Below, piece by piece: positions 1-9,929 of a stretch of 37,435 nucleotides of DNA; within the stretch, counting starts at the first letter, position 1; each line of letters begins with the position of its first letter. Source of the DNA: Octopus bimaculoides (Eukaryota); assembly GCF_001194135.2 (NCBI RefSeq), contig NC_068987.1, positions 41,093,397 through 41,130,831 on the forward strand, in the 5' to 3' direction. Both the position numbers and the translations under genes were made by a program. The notes beneath the pieces were generated by a model. The model was not told the DNA's origin. It saw only the letters and a list, made by a program, of their open reading frames with translations, and did no database searches.

Positions 1-362
1 GACAGTAATAAATCCAGTAATATGCACAACTCTTCTATAATAATATTTTGTTGTATACCCAATTGAATATTAGCTAATAACCCATTTTCTATAGCGATGT
101 TTGAACAAAAATTTAAATAATTTTATATTTTGTTGAATTTACCTGTATTTACCTGTAATTAAAGTCACTTTGTGACAAAAATTTTGGTATAGAATTGGTT
201 GAGAACCTTTCGTTAATTTATCTTCCAAAAATCACATTAATATGTTGATAAATAAAAAAGTTAGAGTTGTTTAACGAAACCAGCCTAAATTTATGATTAT
301 GTTAGAAATTAATTGAAACACATAAGGGGTGTAATTTGGTTAGAAATATGGTAACGAAAGGG
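1..362 (+). mobile_element. 3' terminal segment of a piggyBac family A copy extending left out of the window
   Basis: Ends TGGTAACGAAAGGG followed by TTAA (363-366); 1-362 is a close reverse complement of 20698-21064. Confidence 0.9.
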
Positions 363-559
363 TTAACATATATAAATATATATATATGTACACACATATA
401 AAGCATTGAATGCAAGTTATGATAGATCAAACTAAAAATAAGTAAACAAATATTTCAGAAGAAAGAAAGTTAAAGATAGAAATTGTTTACTGTGTCATTA
501 AATGAATTTTGCATTTTAGACAATCATAGTTTCTGAATAGAATAATCATAGAGTATATA

Positions 560-710
560 TTGGATGGGTTTTTATGTGTCTGTGTCAACTTCGATTTTCA
601 TACTTTTTGGGTTGATACCAATTGAGCACTGAAGTTAATGGAATCAACTAGACATCTCGCCCAAAATTGCAGACCTTGTGCCTATAGCAGAATTATTATA
701 TTTGGGTACT
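560..710 (+). repeat. Degenerate SINE 3' fragment
   Basis: Ends CCCAAAATTGCAGACCTTGTGCCTATAGCAGAATTATTAT, resembling a SINE tail; recognised by recall only. Confidence 0.4.
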
Positions 711-1118
711 ACTATCTAAAATGCAAAGTTTGCCTCTTGAAATCTCTATATCTATTTTTTGTGTGATTACTTATTTTTATTTTGACTTGTCTCCACATAC
801 TATACGTGTATGTAAGTGGGGAAAGTGTGTGTGTGTGTGTGTGCATCCATATTTTGTTTTGAAACACCCGCTCCAATGTCCAGACAGAATCTAAAACTAT
901 ATTAAAAGAACTGATAACAAAAAAAAAAAAAAGAACAGTTTGAAAGTTGCTTTTAAGTGAGAAACTCAGTCCCATTATCAGGGACCCTGTATGTATATGT
1001 GTGTGTGTGTATATATATATAGATAGATTCAAAATTGAATGTGGTACTTGCGTTTAGGCACCGGAATATAGTATGGTATTATCCAAAACAATTCCAAAAG
1101 CAAGGTGATCAAAAATTA

Positions 1119-1506
1119 AAAAAAAGCAACATGGATTTTAAAGGTTATTGCGGTACGCACGTTTCATACTACTCCATTTATTTAAGTAATGCGAGCATTA
1201 CATTAAATTAAATGCAAAATGTAGAGCAATCTTCAGCTGCACAAGAATATTCTTCCTAGAATTAATTACTAGCCTGCTAGCCTTGGCTATGTCAAGATGG
1301 ATTTTTATGTATTCTTCTTCCCACTTAGATTTTAAATGTTGCCACAATAGTAATATGTCTATTCTGCTGTAATTTTTTATATTCTTGTGAAGCTGAAGAT
1401 TGCTCTACATTTTGCTTTTAATGTAATACTTGCATTACTTAAATAAATGGAGTAGCATGAAACGTGCGTACTGCAATAACCTTTAAAATCCGTGTTGCTT
1501 TTTTTT
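1119..1506. mobile_element. Foldback/MITE-like element with ~130-bp inverted arms
   Basis: 1119-1250 is the reverse complement of 1379-1506 with a few substitutions and one short indel; ~130-bp spacer; no ORF. Confidence 0.75.
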
Positions 1507-1735
1507 GATATATATATATATCGTTGCTATTATGTTTAAACTGTCGTATGTCCAAATTTGGCCAAATGCATTTTTCTTTTCAGCATTTGGTTCTTTTGGT
1601 CAAACTATTGTATTTGCAGATGCTGAGATATCAAAATTTGTCAAAGTGTAGTACAGCCGTTTTGCTATGGAATGGTGAAACTATTTTTTTCATTTTCTGA
1701 AAAGCAACATATTGTAGACCATTCTTTCATAATAG

Positions 1736-1767
<32 letters not shown>

Positions 1768-1769
1768 CG

Positions 1770-1975
1770 AAGATGTACTTGCATAACAAGTGACCTGATC
1801 TGAGATCGTGTGCTGGAACGAAAACAATTGCAGCGTGGAAGGTGTTTATAAGCCATTTAAAATAACACACAAAAGCCGTCAGATTCACTTCAACATTTAA
1901 ATTTAATTTGTCAAAATATTTTCGTCGCTTTGAGACCGCGACCTGTTCACTGACAAAATTGTGCTGCATCTGAGA
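1770..1975 (-). repeat. Microsatellite-flanked interspersed repeat, possible Penelope-like pseudo-LTR carrying a hammerhead-like motif
   Basis: Sits between (TA)n and TG/TA-rich tracts; 1828-1872 recurs inverted at 2691-2735 (44/45 identical); hammerhead-like fold at 1907-1957; GIY-YIG remnant nearby. Confidence 0.5.
1907..1957 (-). ncRNA. Candidate minimal type I hammerhead ribozyme (atypical core)
   Basis: Minus strand reads TTTGTCA-GTGAACA-G-GTCGC-ggtctcaaa-GCGAC-GAAAATATTT-TGACAAA: 7-bp stem I, 5-bp stem II, GAAA, palindromic AATATT stem III; G3/C8 instead of C3/G8. Confidence 0.4.
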
Positions 1976-1994
1976 AAGTAACAGTTAGTTCATG

Positions 1995-2732
1995 ATATAT
2001 GTATGTATGTGAGTGCACGTATGTACTTATGAATGTACGTGAGTAATAGGGTAAGTTTGTAGACGTGTTTGTGTNNNNNNNNNNNNNNNNNNNNNNNNNN
2101 NNNNNNNNNNNNNNNNNNNNNNNNNNNNNNNNNNNNNNNNNNNNNNNNNNNNNNNNNNNNNNNNNNNCATATACATATGCATCTACACATGTGTAAACAC
2201 ACACACACGTGTGTGTGTGCGTTTGTCCCTCTCACCACCGTCTAACGGTGAATGGATACAATGTCTTAGATACATATATGCACATATATAACCTTGCTTA
2301 TACATATATACAAGTACACACAATCATATTGACACTCATACACACTCACAAATATACGTATAATCTTAAAGTATACACACATATACGCTTATCCATCACT
2401 ACACCTATACATATATACACATATATACACAAACATACATATATACAAATATATATGACACTAATACAAGGATAACGGTTAAAATTCAAATATGCATTTT
2501 TTTAATATTGTTATTTTATTATAACTTTTTTTTTTACACACATAAACATACTACACATAGATGTATCTACACATACTCATACGCACATGCATGCACACAC
2601 TAATATAGTCATATACACAACGCACAACACATACACACACGTACATCTGCACATACGTACATACATATCAAACTATATACGCTTATATGGTTGTGTGTTA
2701 TTTTAAATGGCTTATAAACACCTTCCACACTG

Positions 2733-2771
<39 letters not shown>
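1995..2771. repeat. Compound CA/TA microsatellite and low-complexity tract (includes gap 2075-2167)
   Basis: Directly visible dinucleotide-rich sequence; explains the HTYI-type spurious ORFs. Confidence 0.9.
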
Positions 2772-3339
2772 NNNNNNNNNNNNNNNNNNNNNNNNNNNNN
2801 NNNNNNNNNNNNNNNNNNNNNNNNNNNNNNNNNNNNNNNNNNNNNNNNNNNNNNNNNNNNNNNNNNNNNNNNNNNNNNNNNNNNNNNNNNNNNNNNNNNN
2901 NNNNNNNNNNNNNNNNNNNNNNNNNNNNNNNNNNNNNNNNNNNNNNNNNNNNNNNNNNNCCAAATCTGAATGAAGAAAATCATATCTTTAATTGGTGACT
3001 CCACCATACAGTACCAACAATCATTTCTGTTGTATCAACATATTTGGATACAGAAGGTATTGGTTAAAGTTATTATGTCTGAAAATTCTCCCTATTTCTC
3101 CATTTGTTATTTGAATTAGGGAGTCTCTCAACTCAAAATCTATAAACAAGAATAAAATCGATAGTGTGACTTGTGAAGTTAATTCTAATGATTTTTCTGA
3201 AATAGATTTTGATACTTTAAGTAAAAGTAATTCTGACTGATAATACAGTTAACACCTAGTTTTAATATTAATTATGAAACAAGTAATAATCCTATCCTAA
3301 GACCTAATTCTGAGAGGCGGACTAGTAATAATTCTTTTA

Positions 3340-3720
3340 ACCATGATTACCAAATACAAGTGAATAAATGCCTGTGTGATAGTAAAAACAAAATCTGTCC
3401 TTTAGAAAATCACTGTTCAAAGAAAAATAGTGTATCAATATACCAGTGTAAAGTAATAATAGGTGATCATAAGTATTATTACATAGGTTCCTCTGCTACT
3501 ATTTGGAAATCCAGATTTTATAATCATTCTCATTCGTTTAAATACAGAAGAAAGGGTAATTCTACAAATCTTAGTAAATGCATTTAGGATTTAAAAAAGA
3601 ACATGATATAAAGTGATCTATTATTAGTTATTTACCATTGTACAAAACTGGTAATTTTAAATGTAATCTTTGCCTTGAGGAAATGTATTATATAATTACT
3701 TATAAATTATTAAGTTATGG
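3340..3720 (+). pseudogene. Penelope-like retroelement GIY-YIG endonuclease remnant
   Basis: Reads CPLENHC...SIYQCKV...YYYIGSS...WKSRFYNHSHSF...NSTNLSKCI* and downstream CNLCLEE, matching the PLE pattern CPL..VIY..YIG..K.R..NH..SF..T.LSK.IW..C.LC..E; stops and frameshifts present. Confidence 0.75.
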
Positions 3721-4443
3721 TGGTACTTTTACATTAAAATATTGTCACACATTTAGAAAAGCATTTAGATATTTCAATTCTTGATTACAATTGCTTTTTC
3801 TAAAAATGTTTATCAAATTTAATAAACAGATAACTAATTGTTGTGACACAGAATCTCTCTCTCTCTTTTTAACTGTCACAATGTAGAATTCATATATTTA
3901 TTTTGTATTCTTTTGTTATCATTTTGGATTACCTTGATTACATGTTAACATGAATGTTCAGATGTAATTTAATTTGACTAATATTTTCTGTATCTAAATA
4001 TTTTGATACAACAGAAACAACTATTAGTATTGTATGGTGGAATCACCAATTAAAGCTGTGATTTTCTCCATTTGTATTTTTGTTATATATACATAGATAA
4101 ATAATTTAAAATTGATCACTGGAAGAAAGATTGCCAGAATCATCTAATCATTTTAGTGGAAGACAGTTATCAGAAAAGTCATTAATTTTTTTTTTAAACA
4201 TTCACTACTATACTGAAGATTTTCTGTTTCTACTATACATATGTGCATAAAGTTTAAATCAAAAACACAGACACATACACACATGTATGTATGTGTGTGC
4301 GTGTTTGTTTTAAACTTTTTGTAAAAACTATTGGAGATCTGTAAATGTTAACTACTTGTTCCTTTCATTCACAATAGTTTTATTGTTTTACTTATTTTAT
4401 TATTAAAGTTCTAATTTAATTATTCATATATGTGTTTATTTAG

Positions 4444-4549
4444 GTATTTTGTTTATTGAGAGTCTTCCAGAGTCTGTTGCAGCCAGTAGCATAAAAACTT
4501 TGTTCAGTGAAAATAAAATTAAATTAAAGAAACATAAGACGCTAAAGTC
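4444..4549 (+). CDS. Host gene exon: first half of RRM-A (RNP2-like ILFIESLP)
   Basis: Acceptor tgtttatttag, donor GTAAGT at 4550; phase 1 to 2; encodes ILFIESLPESVAASSIKTLFSENKIKLKKHKTLK; joins the next exon in frame (TC+T = Ser). Confidence 0.8.
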
Positions 4550-5137
4550 GTAAGTAACTTTAAATTTTGTGTTTATTTATCTTCATTTGTGTGTGTGTAT
4601 GTGCGCATATCAAACTTGGCACACTTTTGATGCTGCTATCCAGTTTGACACCATCTTATGTTCCTTGAATGCCTTTACTGGCATTTGCTCAGTTGCAAAC
4701 ATTCACTCCACCACATGATGCTTGAGTGCATTTAGTGGCATCTGCTCTGTTGCAGACATTCACTGTAAGTCTTCTGGAAGTATTTACAATCTTCTAATGG
4801 AGTACCACCATCTACTCTTCACTGAAATTGAACTATTTTCTCTCTTCCTTCCCAAAGTTCCTGGAGAGTAGAAAAGGGAATGCACTCTTGCAGAATTAAC
4901 AAATTTTGAACTTTTTTGTGCCTCATTTATTGCATCGCCTCTTTCTACAACACTGAACAATAGTTTCCATTGTTGCTATTACATGAATGGTTACCATCAA
5001 AAAGAAAAATTGTTCCTTCAAAATACTAGATCTAACTACATTTAAATATCTAAATTTGAAAAACAAATGTTGATATAGAGGAGTAGATGAGGAAATTGCA
5101 GAAGTTAGAAAACTGAATGACATCATCTTCTTTTCAG

Positions 5138-5289
5138 TGGAGCTGCCATTGTACAACTTAAAGACTGGTCTGAAATTGGAAAGGCAGTGTCTTTGTTATC
5201 AGAAAACTTTTTAGGTAAAGCAATATGTATAAACTCTTTAAAAGATGACCAATGTGATATTGATCATTGCATAAACCAAAGTGATCAGG
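5138..5289 (+). CDS. Host gene exon: second half of RRM-A (RNP1-like GAAIVQL)
   Basis: Acceptor catcttcttttcag, donor GTAAGA at 5290; phase 2 to 1; 50 open codons GAAIVQLKDWSEIGKAVSLLSENFLGKAICINSLKDDQCDIDHCINQSDQ. An alternative same-phase donor (GTAAAG) lies at 5215. Confidence 0.75.
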
Positions 5290-5397
5290 GTAAGACCAAA
5301 TTTTAATATTTGTTTTATTCCTTGTTATTGAGCTTAAGAAATGTTTTCAGTAATTCTGATGTTTTTAGTTTGTGGGTGTGTATTTATAGGTATATAT

Positions 5398-6180
5398 ATC
5401 ATCACCATTTAACATCTATCTTTCCGTGTTGGCATGGGTTACATGGTTTGATAAAAACTAGCATGCCAAAGAATTGCACCAGGCTCCACTGTCTGCTTTG
5501 ATGGACAATGATGAACAATGGTGGAGTGAGGTGGGTGTTAAGAAGAGATTCATCAGAGATAGATTGTATGCAGGGGCATAAGTGTAAACGACATGTCTTT
5601 AGGCCTCATCTTTTGCTTAGAGGCACAGTAAATTGCCAATCATCTCTGTCATTTGTCATCTTGGAGAGACTCAACATCCAGACATCATTCTTCACCACTT
5701 CATCTTACATCTTCCTGGATCTCCCTCTTCCACAGGTTCCATCCACATTTAGCAATTGGCACTTCTTTATGCAACTGTCCAGATATATCTGTATCATATG
5801 ACCAAATCAGCAGTCTTCTCTCTTGCACATGACATCTAATTCCTCTGATAATCAGTTTTTCTCAATATATTTGCACTTTGTTGTATACACACACTGATGT
5901 TGCACATCTAGCAGAACATGCTAATTTCGTTTCTTTGAAGCTTTAGCATATACTTTGCATTCTCAGCCCACATTTCACTAGTATGTAGTACAGCTATTAG
6001 TACTCAAGCATCATACAATCTGCCCTTCACTCTGAGGGAGTGACCTTTTGTCATTGCACATCTGATACACACACTAAGTTCACTTTCTCTGTTAATCTTC
6101 TTCTGATTCCACTTTTCTTCATATGTGTCCATATTTTTCACTGGGTACACCATATGGAATTTTTACTTACAGTTTTTCTA
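5398..6180 (-). mobile_element. RTE-clade LINE 3' fragment (ORF2 C-terminus and tail)
   Basis: Minus strand encodes degenerate SLRVKGRLYDA..AVLHTSEMW, homologous to 25230-25300; ends in the family tail GATGTTAAATGGTGATG. Confidence 0.75.
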
Positions 6181-6449
6181 CTATAAGATGTAGATGTAAT
6201 GTGCAAGAGAGAAGACTGCTGTTTAGGTCATGTGATACACATATATATATATAAGCTATTTTCCTGAAGGGATTTGTGGTTTATCTGTTTTCTTACTAGA
6301 ACTTTGGATTTTGCTAAGTTGACTTTTAAGGCCCTTTATGTGTTGATTTTATTTCCATACCTGGAATTTTGTTTCTAATTCTACTACAGTTTCAGCTATA
6401 TGAAGAAGGTCATCATTATGGAGAAGCTCTCATGAACAGTCAGTCTTAA

Positions 6450-6659
6450 TCCTTCATCATTAAACTGCCCATATCAAGCCCAAACATTCTAGGTTTTATG
6501 CTCAAACCAGCCAGATTTTGTCTCTAACACCTATGGTACAATGTCATTCAAACATATAGTCACATCGTTGAAACCTTGAAGCTGTGAGATAATGCATATC
6601 GATTCAAAACAATTTAAATAAAGAAGCATTAAGTTTGACAGTAATCAATACTAAAAGGT
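6450..6659. mobile_element. Old TTAA-flanked piggyBac-type MITE
   Basis: TTAA at 6446-6449 and 6660-6663 with degenerate inverted termini (TCCTTCATCATT versus reverse complement ACCTTTTAGTATT). Confidence 0.35.
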
Positions 6660-7049
6660 TTAACTTCTCTGTTATGGCTTAGAAGACAACGATAAACTGG
6701 AAGGGACTGAGAACCAAGCCTCGGTGAACTTATACTTACACACTAAATTTGTTGCTGTTGAGGGAGCAAGGGATCTCATCAAAGGCTTTCTCCAAGTTGA
6801 CAAATGCCAAGTACAATGATTTATATTTGGTTAGCTACTTCTGAAATTGCCTTAGAATGAAAGTATCAGTAATTCTTCTCTCTGGCAGAAAACCAAACTG
6901 CATATTATCTAGGTTAAATCTCTTCCTAATTAGTTGAACTATAACTCTTTCTGTAACTTTCATGATTTGGTCAAGTAATTTGATATGCATGTAATAACAG
7001 GAATCTCTCACTTACTGTAGTAATGCATTCCTGAAAATCTTGCTGTAGC

Positions 7050-8175
7050 ACGAAATTAATTTTCCTATCCATTTTCATATTAAGTCGGATTGAGTTCCTA
7101 CAGACTTTTTCGAAACGAGACTTTTCCAAAAGCAAGCACAAGAAAACAACAGAGAACAAGCAATATGATCACCTTCATGCATGAAAATAAGAAATTCTAA
7201 TGGTTCAGTTACAGTTAGTGATTCTGCTGAGATGTTTACAATATCTGGCAGAGTGGGATATGGCTGAGTCACTCGTATAGTTAATTAGGATATCCACAAG
7301 GAAATCATATCCAATGACTGGTATAGCAGCATTATAGTCAACTGCGACAAAGGTAAAGGTAATACTTTAAACAGAAATAATTACAAAGGTATCAAATTGC
7401 TGGACCAAGTGGTGATAGTTGCAGAGGGGGTCCTAGCTCAAATAATTAGGAAGAGAGTAAGCCAAGATGAGATGCAGTTTGGTTTTCTGCCAGAGAGAAG
7501 CACAACTTGTACTACCTTCCTAGTAAGGCAATTGCAAGAGAAGCATTTGGCCAAACATAGACCGTAGTACATGGCTTTTGTTGACATGGAGAAAGCCTTT
7601 GACAGGGTGTCTCAATTCCTTATCTGGTGGTCAATCCAGAGATTAGGGATAAAGCGGTTGGTGTGAGCTATAAAAGCCACATACAAGGATGTTGTCAGTA
7701 AGATGAAGGTTGGCAATGAAAATAGCAATGAATTTAGTGTACAAGTAGGAGTTTACTAAGGATTGCTTCTCAGCCCCCTCCAGGCCAAAAACAGAAATTT
7801 AAGATTGGCTGCCCTTGGGAGCACCTCTATGCTGTAGAGCTTGTTCTTTTATTTGAATGACAACCTGAACTAGAGAGGGGTCTGGAATCAGAGGGCTTTG
7901 GTGTTAATTTAGCAAAGACCAAAGTCCTAATAGGTAGGAAAATAGATAAATCACAAATTCCCTGTTTGTTATGTAGAAAGAGTATTAGTAAAAACTCCAT
8001 ATGATGTACGTAGTGCAAGCTATGGACACACGAGGTGCAGCAGTATCATAGGAATGTTAACAGAGAAAGTAGTCTTTGTGTGTAGCAGATGTGCAGGTAC
8101 AATAAACACTAAGAATTTACAGAATTTACCTTCCTCAAATGTACAGAGAGATCCTTAGAAGTAGTAGATAGTTTG
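7050..8175 (+). pseudogene. RTE-clade LINE reverse transcriptase remnant
   Basis: Motifs NYKGIKLLDQV, QFGFLPERST, AFVDMEKAFDRV, VNLAKTKVL, a Cys-rich segment and LEVVDS; many stops and frameshifts. Confidence 0.9.
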
Positions 8176-8179
8176 TCAT

Positions 8180-9400
8180 GAATACAATGCAGCTTCATAC
8201 TTTTCCAATAATTATTTAAAGTTGAAGGCTTTATTTCATCCCAAGATTCAACTCTATTACACACAGTATCCATTACATTGAATTTCTTCCAGAAATCTCT
8301 TAACTGTAGGTTTATTATCCCTGTCAATTGCTTTCATAAGTTGTTTGAAAGTTCTCATAATATGCCTTGAAGTTAGCTATCACACCTTCATCTATTCGCA
8401 GGAGCAAAGAAGTTGTGTTCTTGGAGATATATTCAACTCACATTATCAGAAAAGTCATCTTAAGTTTGCTGGGTAGTTCTGTGCATTGTCTGAAAAAAAA
8501 ATGTATAAAGCTTATGCTTTGTTGCAAATATTGTGTCTTACACTGTCCCTTCCACTATACCTTTTTAAAATGTTTACAAATGTTCCCAAAAAAGTTTGTA
8601 AACCACTCTTTGACAAAGCTCCTAGACAAGGCTCCATACCTTGAATTTTCAGAGTGATGCACATGTAGGGGCTTGAATTCCATATTACCAGCATCATTTC
8701 CTCCCAAAAGAAGTGTCACATGAGTTTTAGAAGCTCTAAACCCTGGTGTTAATTTTTCTTAAGAAATAAAAGTTCTAGTGGGCATGCACTTCCAGAAAAG
8801 TGCAGTTTCATCAACATTGTATACTTGCTTTGATGTGTAACTCCCCTCAGCAATCATTTTCTTCAACTGCTCAGGATAATTAGTAGCAGTCTCTGGATCG
8901 ACATTTGCAGTTTAACCAGTCATTTTTATATTGTACAAATTCATGTGCTTCTTAGACCTTTCAAACCAGCCTTTATTAACCAAAAAGGATTTTTCATTAG
9001 AAGTTCCACCTTTTTTTGACAAATCATCATATAAACTTGAATTACTGTTGTGTTTATCAGCATATTACACTGATTCTGATTCTCAATCCATACACTAAAA
9101 AGTTGTTCCATTCTAAGCATCATATTAGATCTATGAAAAAGAAAGGTCTGGACAGTTAACAGAGTAGCTTCTTGAACACTTATAATTTTCTTTCTGTTGT
9201 ATTGTTGTCACTGCAAGATGCTGCAAGATTTAATGATTTGGCAATATAGCTTAGTTTTACTTCCGCATCAAGTCTTTCTAAAAGATCCAGTTTAATATCC
9301 AGTGTAATCCTTTTAGAGTTCCTTTTTACACTACTGCCTTCAGTTCTGCTTGATCACTTCTTTCCAGATATCTTAAATTGAAAGCAAATCCAAGAGCAGC
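8180..9400 (-). pseudogene. Tigger/pogo (CENP-B-like HTH plus DDE) transposase remnant
   Basis: Minus strand reads MEQLFSVWIENQ, KGWFERFK-like, VYNVDETALFWKCMPTRTFI, TLLLGGNDAG; disrupted. Confidence 0.85.
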
Positions 9401-9929
9401 AGCGATTAATTATCCACAACAATTAGTGGTGATGATCTGAATTGTCTTGGTTTAGATGTTTGTGACGGTGTGTGGATATTGTTGGTGTTATATTGTTCTT
9501 GCTAATTGTATTGTTGCAACTGTGTAGTTCCAAGTCAATCCTCATAGGCCTAAGATCAAAAACATTTCCTTCAACTTTTAAAATACACTAGGATACCACA
9601 TTATATATTTTTATCTGAAATGGATTTGCTTATCTACTTCATACTATATATTACTGTTGTTATTGGTGGTTGTTTTCCTGTTGATGATAGAAACACACAC
9701 ACACTCACACACATATATATATACTCACATTATGTACATCATATATTCGTGTGTGTGTGTGTATGTGACGGGATTATAGTTTTTCAAATTGTTTACTATA
9801 TTCTTTGATATTAACTGAAATGCAGGTGGCCACTGAGATAAGAAGGAAGTGTAATCTTAAATTGTTAATAATTTAAAACTATGCAATATGTGTTTCCATA
9901 AGTTACAGGCTGCGTCCTTAAATTAATGA

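Noticed and set aside
712-2998. ORFs rich in YI/HT/VC repeats and X runs (also at 21025-22069, 24782-25072, 27410-27985, 36949-37146)
   Set aside because: Produced by microsatellites and N gaps, not coding sequence.
4660-4770. Imperfect ~40-bp direct repeat with about 56-bp spacing in the short intron
   Set aside because: Only two diverged units and no structure or coding signal; an old local duplication.
6385-6445. Acceptor-like sites followed by LYEEGHHYGEALMN
   Set aside because: The phase-1 entry required by the upstream exon hits TGA immediately, and there is no good donor.
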